64,000 bases of DNA from NCBI GenBank assembly GCA_963718565.1, contig OY970364.1, positions 416,001 through 480,000 of the forward strand, read 5' to 3'. Below the pieces are notes generated by a model. That model saw only the letters and a program-made list of their open reading frames with translations, was not told the origin of the DNA and ran no database searches. Made by a program: the position numbers and the translations under genes. Within the stretch, counting starts at the first letter, position 1, and each line of letters begins with the position of its first letter. Shown piece by piece: positions 9,744-19,298 of the stretch. The DNA is from an uncultured Verrucomicrobiae bacterium. Lineage in GTDB: Bacteria > Chlamydiota > Chlamydiia > Chlamydiales > Rhabdochlamydiaceae.

Positions 9744-10806
9744 AAATGAGATTTTCTCAGAACCTTTGATCGAATATCTGAAACATAAAGGCTGGGAATT
9801 GATGGAATCTGAGCCTGATATTGCAGTCTTGAGGAAACTCTTCGACAATCAAGAAGATGAGATTGTTTTACCAAGAGACAGATCCTATGTGGACTATCAT
9901 TTGAGAATCAAGGAAGCTATCCGTTTTTTAGCCGGTTATGAGCATACCACCGAGAAAGGGATTATTGAAGAGCTACTTCACGAAAAATGGGATACTTTGC
10001 GCATTAGGATTAGTGGAGATCAAATAGATAACGGTTCTATATCATTCTTCAATAAAAGGATCATTGAAGAAGGCATGCGCAAAATTTTACTGGCATCTGC
10101 TTGTTCAGTGCAGAATCCAAAGTTATATTTTAAGCGATTGTATTCTTCTACTGCCGAGCAATGGATAAAAAAATGTCGTTCTAGTGCGGATATGTCTGGA
10201 AGCTATATTTTAACTGTCCGATTCCCCTTGGAAGATGACTCGGAAGATTCGAAGATGCCTTTTTCAAGAAAAGTAGGTGAATATTTAATGACTTCATTGA
10301 GTAGCTTGGTCTATTTAAGTGAAAAACCGGATTTAGCTATTAATGTGCAGGATTTGAATGCTAATTTTTGTCTTGGTTTAGCTGAAATGAAACCGGATGA
10401 AGCATCTATTAATTTTGATTTCGAAATGAATTGGTCCTCTGAAGTCCCTTTAAATGAAACTATTCCATCTAAAGTGCTGATTGAAGATCGCTATTTTTCT
10501 TCAGTTGTTCGGATCGGACAAAAGTTAATACCACAAGCAGAAGTAAACCAAGATGTATTTGTGGGCAAGGTTCTATCTTTGCACGGTTTACCTGATGAGA
10601 CGGGCAATGTGCAAGGAGAAGTGGTTTTGATTTTGCTTGTGGATGAACAACAAACTAGGGCTAAAGCTTCCTTAAAATCTGAGTTCTATTCTCAAGCGTG
10701 TGATGCACATAAACGTAATGGTTACGTTCGGATCTCGGGAGCCCTTTCTGAAAAGCCGCGTTGTTCTGATCTCAAGGAAATTTCTCATTTTGCAATTCTC
10801 GAATAA
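9730..10806 (+). CDS. Hypothetical protein coupled to the DUF4365 gene
   Basis: ATG at 9730 follows gagg and overlaps the upstream stop; YLKHKGW..IVLP..DY..RIKEAI..LA..E N-terminus. Confidence 0.75.
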   Translation: MYHAENEIFSEPLIEYLKHKGWELMESEPDIAVLRKLFDNQEDEIVLPRDRSYVDYHLRIKEAIRFLAGYEHTTEKGIIEELLHEKWDTLRIRISGDQIDNGSISFFNKRIIEEGMRKILLASACSVQNPKLYFKRLYSSTAEQWIKKCRSSADMSGSYILTVRFPLEDDSEDSKMPFSRKVGEYLMTSLSSLVYLSEKPDLAINVQDLNANFCLGLAEMKPDEASINFDFEMNWSSEVPLNETIPSKVLIEDRYFSSVVRIGQKLIPQAEVNQDVFVGKVLSLHGLPDETGNVQGEVVLILLVDEQQTRAKASLKSEFYSQACDAHKRNGYVRISGALSEKPRCSDLKEISHFAILE

Positions 10807-10905
10807 AACTGAAGAATTTTGAGGGAATTGCAAATAATAAAAATTTAGTTTTATTTATTTAAAGTTCTGCCATGGTATAATCTCCGTATTAAGTTTGGAT
10901 TTACC

Positions 10906-11805
10906 ATGTTTTGCTTTGAAATAAATTTTTGGTTTCGTGTTCTTGCCCGTTTTTGCGACTATTGCCTTTTCTTTTTGAGCTTAAGTGCTATTACTCTGTT
11001 TCTTCCATTCTTTTACGGGCCTTTTTTCTATTATTATCTTGCCATGGCCGTTCCGTTATTATGGGCCCCTATCGAGGCATTCCTCATCAGTAAATGGGGA
11101 GCCACGCCAGGAGAAGCCCTACAGGGACTGTCCGTCCGTGATGCCATGGGATTCAAACTTCCTTATTCTCTGGCTCTACGGCGCGCTTTTTTTCTTCCCG
11201 GAAGGCCAGGAACAGTCCTTCAAAAGAGGACTTCTTGGAAAAGAAAGCTTTTCGCCATTGCGATCAGCACAGCATTTATGCTTTCAGCTATCTACGGCAA
11301 TGTGTTGACTTTATGGACAGTCGGATTGAATAGAGGGATTTCTCCTGAAGAATGGGTCCAGTACACGTCAGATTATGCGGGATTCAAAATCTCATTTCCA
11401 ACAGATCCTGAAGAATCTTACAAACAGCTTATCATCCCTGGCAGTGGACGCATTCTTAACTATGAAGAACTTACCAGTGCTGAGAACGATAAAGTCCATT
11501 ATTCTGTCAGCCATATGGAGCTACCGCGTAAGTGGAGAATTGCAGGAAATACTACGTTGCTCAAGGGAGTGCTCGATGTCATGATCAAACATACAGAAGG
11601 CGCTGAGCTTCTAGAGAAAGACTTCAAGAAATTTGCAGGGTACCGCGTCCTTGACTATCGCATGAAGCAGGGAGCGGAAGAAGAGGTCAAGGGACGATTG
11701 ATCATCGTCGGTCCGATATTGTATAAACTTTCCATCATCTACCCCCCTTCTCATGCCGATAAAATACAAGAAAATCCATTCTTAGATTCTTTTGAGGTTC
11801 AATGA
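10906..11805 (+). CDS. RDD-family membrane protein with C-terminal soluble domain
   Basis: RVLARFCDY and GATPG motifs; several hydrophobic segments. Confidence 0.7.
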   Translation: MFCFEINFWFRVLARFCDYCLFFLSLSAITLFLPFFYGPFFYYYLAMAVPLLWAPIEAFLISKWGATPGEALQGLSVRDAMGFKLPYSLALRRAFFLPGRPGTVLQKRTSWKRKLFAIAISTAFMLSAIYGNVLTLWTVGLNRGISPEEWVQYTSDYAGFKISFPTDPEESYKQLIIPGSGRILNYEELTSAENDKVHYSVSHMELPRKWRIAGNTTLLKGVLDVMIKHTEGAELLEKDFKKFAGYRVLDYRMKQGAEEEVKGRLIIVGPILYKLSIIYPPSHADKIQENPFLDSFEVQ

Positions 11806-12404
11806 AGGTCTTTGACCCAATAGATCATGCATTTTTCAGTGGGACTCGCTTCTCCAATCACTTTCCAGGAGTGGGAACATTTCATTTCAGGATGTTGGAC
11901 GTATCCTCTTTTTCGCCAAAAGTTGTGCAAAGGGATGAAGTCTTTGGGCCTTTGAGGATTTGTTTCAAGATCATGGGGAACGCAAAAGCAGATATGTTTG
12001 AATTTTTTGTAATGAGCCACATGGATTTCCCGTGCATCAAAAAAATGATGTCCAATTCCGCGACCACGATAAGTTTTCAGAAGGGTTGAATCTCCGAAAA
12101 AGAAATAGGATTCAATGTTGAGCTGCCGTTCTTTAAATGGGCGATGAAGAGAGGGCTCTTCAACCGGTAGCGGATATCCAAGCGAAACCCCTACCAGAGT
12201 TGTGTTGTCAAAAATCAATACCCCTATCGACTCTTTGTTCGAAAATAGTTTCTTTAGAAACCGTATTTCTTGATCGAGGTCCGGCTCTTCGAAATAGGGA
12301 TATTCCCTGAAGACCTCCATCCGTAATTTAGCAACCGAATGCAAATAAGATTTAAGACCGGTTCCAGTGAATGAACGGACATGGATATCTGTCATTAACA
12401 GCAT
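11799..12404 (-). CDS. GNAT-family N-acetyltransferase
   Basis: LRMEVFREYPY, LLKTYRGRGIGHHFFDARE and FWRKRGY motifs. Confidence 0.8.
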   Translation of the reverse strand: MLLMTDIHVRSFTGTGLKSYLHSVAKLRMEVFREYPYFEEPDLDQEIRFLKKLFSNKESIGVLIFDNTTLVGVSLGYPLPVEEPSLHRPFKERQLNIESYFFFGDSTLLKTYRGRGIGHHFFDAREIHVAHYKKFKHICFCVPHDLETNPQRPKDFIPLHNFWRKRGYVQHPEMKCSHSWKVIGEASPTEKCMIYWVKDLH

Positions 12405-12480
12405 GCGGTTTCCTCCAAAAAATTTTGAAGATAACCGTTCCTTATGTCGAAAATGGAAAAAAAGTTAAAGCAAAAAGATT

Positions 12481-12500
12481 GAGGGAATTGCAATTCCCTC
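12481..12500. mobile_element. Collapsed family-A element (perfect 20-bp palindrome)
   Basis: gagggaattgcaattccctc flanked by gatt/gatt. Confidence 0.8.
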
Positions 12501-12506
12501 GATTGT

Positions 12507-13211
12507 CTAATTTAGAGGCGGGTTGTCTTTTTGAGGGCGTTGGGCGATCAAATCGTAGTCTCTTTTTAATCCTGAAACAATCAAGGCAATGCCATTTTCG
12601 TTACGTTGCCCTGTTGGGATAATTAAGTCAGCAAAACGTTTGCTCGGTTCGACAAAGGCATCGTGCATTGGCTTTACTGTGGTCACATATTGGTCGCGCA
12701 CACTCTTAAAATCGCGAGCTCTTTCGTTCAAATCTCTTTCAATGCGGCGGAGGAGTCGGATATCATCATCGGTCTCGACAAAAATTTTTAAATCGCAAAG
12801 TTCACGGATTTCTGGAACGGCGAAAAGAAGGATGCCTTCGAGAATAATGATTTCAGCAGGGTCGACGGTATGAGTAAGGGGCTCTCGAGAGTGGGTACAA
12901 AAATTATAGGCAGGAACTTCGACAGATTGATTGTCTTTCAAAGAGAGAAGATGTTTTTTAAGCAATTCGAAATCGATGGAATTAGGGTGGTCAAAGTTTT
13001 GTTTCGCCCGTTCCTCTCTGCTTAGGCAGCTGAGATCTTTATAATAATCGTCTTGATTGATCAAGGCTGCGCGATGGGAAAAAGTCGTCAGCAATTTTTC
13101 TGCTAATGTTGTTTTTCCCGAACCAGTTCCTCCTGCGATGCCGACGATCAGGGGAGGGGTGGCGATAAGTGGAGCGGCAAAACATAGGAAAAGAATCGTC
13201 AGAAAATGCAT
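12507..13211 (-). CDS. udk: Uridine kinase
   Basis: GIAGGTGSGKTT, QDDYYK, NFDHP, IILEGIL, RRIERD and KPMH motifs. Confidence 0.93.
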   Translation of the reverse strand: MHFLTILFLCFAAPLIATPPLIVGIAGGTGSGKTTLAEKLLTTFSHRAALINQDDYYKDLSCLSREERAKQNFDHPNSIDFELLKKHLLSLKDNQSVEVPAYNFCTHSREPLTHTVDPAEIIILEGILLFAVPEIRELCDLKIFVETDDDIRLLRRIERDLNERARDFKSVRDQYVTTVKPMHDAFVEPSKRFADLIIPTGQRNENGIALIVSGLKRDYDLIAQRPQKDNPPLN

Positions 13212-13269
13212 AGGATTACCTTGGTCTAGTCAGCTGAGTTTTGGGTTTCTAGGATACCCAACAGAAGGA

Positions 13270-14457
13270 TTAAATCTCATCTCTTAAGATTTTTTGACGG
13301 TATTCTTGCATCCACTCGACCATAAAATGAAGGTTGTGAATTGTGGCGAGGGTCATGCATATCATTTCACGAGCCTTGAAGAGATGGTGTAGGTAGGCTA
13401 AAGAAAATTGCCGGCAAGTGGAACACAAACAATCCTCCTCAGGAGGGAAAAAGGCTTTGGCATGATCGCTTCTGGTGATTTTCAACGGGCCTTTTTTTGT
13501 CAGCAGAATCCCATGGCGGGCCGCGCGGGTAGGGTAAGAAGAATCAAATGTATCTATCCCCAAAGGAATACAGCGCTCGATCGATTCCAAATCTCCGATT
13601 CCAAGCAAATGATTTGGCTTTTCAATTGGGAGGAGGGGCAATGTGAATGTGAGCATGTCGATCATTTCTTGTTTGGTCTTTCCCATACTCCCGCCAATCG
13701 CAAAACCTTCAAAAGGAAGTCCGGTTAAAAATGTGCAGCTCATTTTTCTTAATTCATGGTGGACCCCGCCGTGAATAACGGCGTACATCGCCTGATGTTG
13801 CGGATTGGCCAAATGAGCTTTAAGCGAGCGCTCCTCCCATCGGTGGGTGCGGTCCAATGACTTTTTTAAATCGTTGTCAGTAATGTGATAAGGTGGCAAT
13901 TCATCGAAGGGGATGATGATGTCAGCGCCGAGATCTTTTTGTGCGGCAATGGATATTTCGGGAGTCAGCAAAACTTTTGCTCCGTCACGATAAGAGCGGA
14001 ATAGGACGCCGTCCTCGTTGATTTTTAGAACGAGTCCATTCTGTTTTTTTGTGCCTCGGCTTTTTAATTCATCGGCTACGGACCCATAAGCTAAACTGAA
14101 CACTTGAAATCCCCCTGAGTCAGTGATAATCGGCAGGGAACGATGAATATAGCGATGCAATCCTCCTGCTTGGCGGACGATGTCCGTTCCCGGTTGCAGC
14201 ATGAGATGGTAAGTATTGCAGAACATCAATTGCAGCCCAATCTCTTGGACAGTGGTGTTGTCTAGTGCTTTAAGTGTTCCATGAGTGCCAACGCCGACAA
14301 AATTGGGGGTATCGATTATTCCATGTGGAGTTCTGATTTTACCGACGCGTGCCCGCGATTTTTTAGAACAATGGAGAATCTCAAATTTAAAACTCAACTG
14401 TTCGGGGATTTCTGGAAAGCAAAGAGGCAGATAGGGGGAAGTGATTGTGGCTGTCAT
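13270..14457 (-). CDS. tgt: tRNA-guanine transglycosylase
   Basis: NTYHL, TDSGGFQVFSL, CLCSTC zinc site and HNL motifs. Confidence 0.95.
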   Translation of the reverse strand: MTATITSPYLPLCFPEIPEQLSFKFEILHCSKKSRARVGKIRTPHGIIDTPNFVGVGTHGTLKALDNTTVQEIGLQLMFCNTYHLMLQPGTDIVRQAGGLHRYIHRSLPIITDSGGFQVFSLAYGSVADELKSRGTKKQNGLVLKINEDGVLFRSYRDGAKVLLTPEISIAAQKDLGADIIIPFDELPPYHITDNDLKKSLDRTHRWEERSLKAHLANPQHQAMYAVIHGGVHHELRKMSCTFLTGLPFEGFAIGGSMGKTKQEMIDMLTFTLPLLPIEKPNHLLGIGDLESIERCIPLGIDTFDSSYPTRAARHGILLTKKGPLKITRSDHAKAFFPPEEDCLCSTCRQFSLAYLHHLFKAREMICMTLATIHNLHFMVEWMQEYRQKILRDEI

Positions 14458-15140
14458 CTCGATAGTCCGCTGTTAAATGCCTCATGGCGAACGAATCGTT
14501 TCGAAAAATGAATAAGCGGGCTCATGAGAACGATGACGAGAAGCTTGATCAGAAAACTCATGAGGATGATATCTGACAAATGCGCAACGAGGCCCCACAG
14601 TCCGAAAATGGAAAAGAGAAACGTATCGAGGAATTGGGTAATGCTTACAGAAAAAGCATTTCTTAAACTTAAGGGGAAAGTTTTGAACTTATCCTTAAGC
14701 AGCCCAAACAGCCGCAAATCGATCTGCTGTACGAAAACAAAGACGGCCAAAGAGGCTGCTAAAAGGCGAGGAGAAGCAGACAAGATCGACTCAAAAGCTC
14801 CTTGAGTCTTATCAAAAGGACTTGGAATGTAAAAAAGATGCATTTGTGCCATCGCGACAAAGAAGATCATCGCAAAAAAGCAGCTCCACAAAGCCTTTTT
14901 GGCTGCCTCCTGACCAAAGTATTCGCGCAGCAGATTAAGGCCAAAGATACTGCCAATAGCAAAGACATCGCTGCAGGTGACGTGGAAGCCAAAAAAACAG
15001 ATCTGTTTGATCACAAACAGATTTGCTAAAACTGCTTGCAGGGCGATCCAGGCGGTGAGCGTTACCTTTCCCATTTTTAGCGCACCAAAACCAAAACCCA
15101 TCACAATAATGACATGGATGAAAAAAAGTAATTCGTTCAT
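14454..15140 (-). CDS. yhhQ: Queuosine-precursor transporter (YhhQ family)
   Basis: Polytopic membrane protein with ANLFVIKQ, LREYFG and QFLDTFLF motifs; overlaps tgt by 4 bp. Confidence 0.85.
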   Translation of the reverse strand: MNELLFFIHVIIVMGFGFGALKMGKVTLTAWIALQAVLANLFVIKQICFFGFHVTCSDVFAIGSIFGLNLLREYFGQEAAKKALWSCFFAMIFFVAMAQMHLFYIPSPFDKTQGAFESILSASPRLLAASLAVFVFVQQIDLRLFGLLKDKFKTFPLSLRNAFSVSITQFLDTFLFSIFGLWGLVAHLSDIILMSFLIKLLVIVLMSPLIHFSKRFVRHEAFNSGLSR

Positions 15141-15191
15141 CTAGAGAATTAAATTTAAACTAGACGGAAAGCATATCACGCTAGAGGATAA

Positions 15192-15245
15192 TTCGAAAGA
15201 ACGTTTGAACGGCATGCTCGAGCGTACCGTTCAGAGAGTAGGTAA
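15192..15245 (-). repeat. Degenerate internal fragment of the 20274-20410 element
   Basis: ttcgaaagaacgtttgaacggcatgctcgagcgtaccgttcagaga resembles the reverse complement of about 20335-20385. Confidence 0.55.
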
Positions 15246-15262
15246 AAAACTAAAAGTTATTT

Positions 15263-16420
15263 TTAATCATTCGATGGTATTGTTTTAGCTTTCTTTGATG
15301 GATACTCAACCCCATCTCCTTGATTAGGGTTGTCCAAAAAAGGACTAAAATTCTTCTCATCAAGAGTATCGATTCTCTCATAGGTTCTTTTTTGTGGATT
15401 GGAGCGAGTTGTTTTTGTAATAAAGGGAGTATTGGTTTCTCCGTAAGCGTTCTCTTGTGGGTTTTTTGTTGCTATTCGTGCAACTGCTTCTTCAAAGTAT
15501 GTAAGTGCTTCGTCAACATTCCAAGGGGTGGTAGGTTTTTGGGGGTTTTGAATGATGGTAGGTACTTGACTGAAGGTGCGTTTTTGAGGGACAAAGGTGC
15601 GGCGTTTTTGAGGAACGATGGGCTCTTGACCCAAGGTGGAGTTTTGAGGGATGTGGGCGGGAGGAGGTCTTTGATCGAAGGTAGGTCTTGCATCGCCTAC
15701 ATTTGAATTTATTATGTTTTGTATACTATGCATTGGATTTACGGTGGGCCTTTGACCCAAGGTGGAGTTTTGAGGGATGTGGGCGGGAGGAGGTCTTTGA
15801 TCGAAGGTAGGTCTTGCATCGCCTACATTTGAATTTATTATGTTTTGTATACTATGCATTGGATTTACGGTGGGCCTTTGACCCAAGGTGGAGTTTTGAG
15901 GGATGTGGGCGGGAGGAGGTCTTTGATCGAAGGTAGGTCTTGCATCGCCTACATTTGAATTTATTATGTTTTGTATACTATGCATTGGATTTACGGTGGG
16001 TCTTTGACCCAAGGTGGAGTTTTGAGGGATGTGGGGGAGGGGTTTTTGCTCGAGAGGTTGTTCTTGCCCGAAGGTAAATGTTCTTGTTTGTTGGGTTTCT
16101 TCTCCTGTTTCAGGATTCCGAACAAAATAAAATGAGTAATCTGTTATAAGCGAGTAATATGTTATACGGTAATCTGCTATAATGGAGTTTTGAGGGATGT
16201 GGGGGAGGGGTTCTTGCTCGAGAGGTTGTTTTTGCCCGGAGGTATATGTTCTTGTTTGTTGGGTTTCTTCTCCTGTTTCAGGATTCCGAACAAAATAAAA
16301 TGAGTAATCTGTTATAAGTGAGCAATCTGTTATATGTTTGAGTACATCTGAATTTCTTGTGTTTTCTACACGCCTTGCACTTTCTATACGCCCTGAATTA
16401 TTTAAACTATTTATAGTCAT
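15263..16420 (-). CDS. Tandem-repeat protein, copy 1 (effector-like)
   Basis: MTINSLNNSG N-terminus; 56-aa unit duplicated; three 42-aa units; unique basic C-terminus. Confidence 0.75.
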   Translation of the reverse strand: MTINSLNNSGRIESARRVENTRNSDVLKHITDCSLITDYSFYFVRNPETGEETQQTRTYTSGQKQPLEQEPLPHIPQNSIIADYRITYYSLITDYSFYFVRNPETGEETQQTRTFTFGQEQPLEQKPLPHIPQNSTLGQRPTVNPMHSIQNIINSNVGDARPTFDQRPPPAHIPQNSTLGQRPTVNPMHSIQNIINSNVGDARPTFDQRPPPAHIPQNSTLGQRPTVNPMHSIQNIINSNVGDARPTFDQRPPPAHIPQNSTLGQEPIVPQKRRTFVPQKRTFSQVPTIIQNPQKPTTPWNVDEALTYFEEAVARIATKNPQENAYGETNTPFITKTTRSNPQKRTYERIDTLDEKNFSPFLDNPNQGDGVEYPSKKAKTIPSND

Positions 16421-16753
16421 AATTACCTCTTAGTTATATAAAGTTTTACATGTTTTCACAATTTTAGCATTAACTGTTATTAATTTTCTATAAAATATAA
16501 GATAGCATATAACGGTCTTCTTAGAAAATACTCTCCATGCTTTGCAAGTAATTTATTGTCAATGAGATAGCAAATCTGAAGGGGACGATAACCTCTGTGC
16601 AATGTACAAAATAAAAGTTGCCTTTTTATTTATTGTGGAACACATTTAGCATTAAAGAGTCGTTCCTGAGGGGAATTCCTCAAAAAAGATTCCCTGCTTT
16701 ATCGGGAATGGCTCATCAATCACTGACTGCACCAAATATTCCATAGCGGATTT

Positions 16754-17392
16754 ATGAATTTTACAGATTTCGTTTATTACTTTATCTCACTCCTCGTCAT
16801 TTGCAGTCCTTTTTCTGCACTCCCAGCACTGCTTACGCTTACACAGGGTCTTTCCGATGAAGAAAAAAGGCAAACTGGCATCATCGCAGGAATGGGAGTT
16901 GGAATCATTTTGATTGCAATGACTTGGATTGGAGGCCCTCTCTTAGATTTTTTGGGGATCTCGGTCTCAGCTTTCCAAGTTGCGGGGGGCTTTGTTGTTT
17001 TTATGTTAGCGCTATCGATGCTTAATGCTGAGACGAGTCGCATGAAACAGACAACAGAAGACCAAAAAGAAACCAAACAAAGGCATTCGATTGCAATCGT
17101 TCCTTTAGCGATCCCGATTATGGCAGGCCCTGGAGCGATTAGTACCATGATCGTTGCTGTGAATGATAATCCTGGATTTTTGAATCAACTGTTATTGTCC
17201 CTGTGTGCTATTTTCGTTGCTTTTGTCTTAGGGGTGACGCTTTATTTTTCCACACACTTTGAAAAAATGCTTGGGCAAAGAGGAATTAATATTGTCAACC
17301 GTCTCGCCGGTCTTATTTTGGCTGGCATGGCAGTCCAGACGCTTGCTAAAGGGATCATAGGATTATTCCCCTTCATGGGGCAGCCCCACTGA
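16754..17392 (+). CDS. MarC-family membrane protein
   Basis: IAIVPLAIPIMAGPGAI and RLAGLILA motifs. Confidence 0.9.
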   Translation: MNFTDFVYYFISLLVICSPFSALPALLTLTQGLSDEEKRQTGIIAGMGVGIILIAMTWIGGPLLDFLGISVSAFQVAGGFVVFMLALSMLNAETSRMKQTTEDQKETKQRHSIAIVPLAIPIMAGPGAISTMIVAVNDNPGFLNQLLLSLCAIFVAFVLGVTLYFSTHFEKMLGQRGINIVNRLAGLILAGMAVQTLAKGIIGLFPFMGQPH

Positions 17393-17452
17393 GAATAGAA
17401 TAATCAGTTCTATTCCTCTCTCGTTCTGTCATAAAAATCCCCTCCTTCATAC

Positions 17453-17624
17453 TATACGGCGCGCGGTTAGGTTTGGCGAATTTTGACAGGCTGCGACTTT
17501 GCCAAATTGATCCTTCTCGCTCGCCTTGCTATTCAGCAATGGTCTCGCTCGTTCGGCCGCTTCGCTTCGATTTTGCTTCGTCTCGCAGAGTCAAAACTCA
17601 CCAAACCTAACCGCGCGCCGTATA
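17453..17624. mobile_element. MITE family C
   Basis: Same sequence as 8943-9114. Confidence 0.88.
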
Positions 17625-17802
17625 ACCTCTTGGTTTTCTGGGGTTAGATCTGTCATATTTAAAATAGTTTTTTGTCAACACGCCATTTCTGCTTTGTTTT
17701 TGCATCATGTTATTTTTAATGTTATTTTTTTATAGAAATTAATAACAGTTAATGATAAACTTATGAAAGTATGTAAAACATTATATAATATAAGAGGTAA
17801 TT

Positions 17803-18663
17803 ATGACTATAAATAGTTTAAATAATTCAGGGCGTATAGAAAGTGCAAGGCGTGTAGAAAACACAAGAAATTCAGATGTACTCAAACATATAACAGATTG
17901 GTCATTTTTAACAGATTGCTCACTTATAACAGATTACTCATTTTATTTTGTTCGGAATCCTGAAACAGGAGAAGAAACCCAACAAACAAGAACATATACC
18001 TTCGGGCAAAAACAACCTCTCGAGCAAGAACCCCTCCCCCACATCCCTCAAAACTCCATTATAGCAGATTACCGTATAACATATTACTCGCTTATAACAG
18101 ATTACTCATTTTATTTTGTTCGGAATCCTGAAACAGGAGAAGAAACCCAACAAACAAGAACATTTATCTTCGGGCAAGAACAACCTCTCGAGCAAAAACC
18201 CCTCCCCCACATCCCTCAAAACTCCACCTTGGGTCAAAGGCCCACCGTAAATCCAATGCATAGTATACAAAACATAATAAATTCAAATGTAGGCGATGCA
18301 AGACCTACCTTCGATCAAAGACCTCCTCCCGCCCACATCCCTCAAAACTCCACCTTGGGTCAAAGGCCCACCGTAAATCCAATGCATAGTATACAAAACA
18401 TAATAAATTCAAATGTAGGCGATGCAAGACCTACCTTCGATCAAAGACCTCCTCCCGCCCACATCCCTCAAAACTCCACCTTGGGTCAAAGGCCCACCGT
18501 AAATCCAATGCATAGTATACAAAACATAATAAATTCAAATGTAGGCGATGCAAGACCTACCTTCGATCAAAGACCTCCTCCCGCCCACATCCCTCAAAAC
18601 TCCACCTTGGGTCAAAGGCCCACCGTAAATCCAATGCATAGTATACAAAACATAATAAATTAA
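17803..18663 (+). CDS. Tandem-repeat protein, copy 2 (C-terminally truncated)
   Basis: Same N-terminus and repeat units as copy 1; an extra taaaaaat in the last unit gives a TAA stop. Confidence 0.65.
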   Translation: MTINSLNNSGRIESARRVENTRNSDVLKHITDWSFLTDCSLITDYSFYFVRNPETGEETQQTRTYTFGQKQPLEQEPLPHIPQNSIIADYRITYYSLITDYSFYFVRNPETGEETQQTRTFIFGQEQPLEQKPLPHIPQNSTLGQRPTVNPMHSIQNIINSNVGDARPTFDQRPPPAHIPQNSTLGQRPTVNPMHSIQNIINSNVGDARPTFDQRPPPAHIPQNSTLGQRPTVNPMHSIQNIINSNVGDARPTFDQRPPPAHIPQNSTLGQRPTVNPMHSIQNIIN

Positions 18664-18705
18664 AAAATTCAAATGTAGGCGGCGCAAGATCTACCTTCGA
18701 TCAAA
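18208..18705 (+). repeat. 126-bp tandem repeat (42-aa unit HIPQNSTLGQRPTVNPMHSIQNIINSNVGDARPTFDQRPPPA)
   Basis: Unit starts at 18208, 18334, 18460 and 18586; the same unit occurs in copies 1 and 3. Confidence 0.92.
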
Positions 18706-18888
18706 ATTTTCGTTGCTTTTGTCTTAGGGGTGACGCTTTATTTTTCCACACACTTTGAAAAAATGCTTGGGCAAAGAGGAATTAATATTGTCAACCGTCT
18801 CGCCGGTCTTATTTTGGCTGGCATGGCAGTCCAGACGCTTGCTAAAGGGATCATAGGATTATTCCCCTTCATGGGGCAGCCCCACTGA
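18706..18888 (+). pseudogene. Duplicated 3' end of the MarC gene
   Basis: Matches 17210-17392 at an offset of 1496 bp. Confidence 0.85.
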
Positions 18889-18948
18889 GAATAGAATAAT
18901 CAGTTCTATTCTTCTCTCGTTCTGTCATAAAAATCCCCTCCTTCATAC

Positions 18949-19120
18949 TATACGGCGCGCGGTTAGGTTTGGCGAATTTTGACAGGCTGCGACTTTGCCA
19001 AATTGATCCTTCTCGCTCGCCTTGCTATTCAGCAATGGTCTCGCTCGTTCGGCCGCTTCGCTTCGATTTTGCTTCGTCTCGCAGAGTCAAAACTCGCCAA
19101 ACCTAACCGCGCGCCGTATA
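18949..19120. mobile_element. MITE family C (copied within the tandem duplication)
   Basis: Same element and flanks as 17453-17624. Confidence 0.88.
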
Positions 19121-19298
19121 ACCTCTTGGTTTTCTGGGGTTAGATCTGTCATATTTAAAATAGTTTTTTGTCAACACGCCATTTCTGCTTTGTTTTTGCA
19201 TCATGTTATTTTTAATGTTATTTTTTTATAGAAATTAATAACAGTTAATGATAAACTTATGAAAGTATGTAAAACATTATATAATATAAGAGGTAATT

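Noticed and set aside
1262..10830. Integrase-mediated genomic island or prophage at tRNA-Ser
   Set aside because: No integrase, phage genes or duplicated tRNA 3' end were found in the window
12481..12500. GAGGGAATTGCAATTCCCTC as a transcription-factor operator
   Set aside because: It matches the ends of longer elements and is flanked by a 4-bp duplication like the other copies
16668..16696. gaggggaattcctc...ttccctg as another family-A scar
   Set aside because: Too degenerate and no matching flanking duplication
17526..19231. Identical 69-aa ORFs at 17526 and 19022 and a similar one at 8989
   Set aside because: They start inside family-C MITEs and run into AT-rich promoter DNA; the identity comes from the repeat and the duplication
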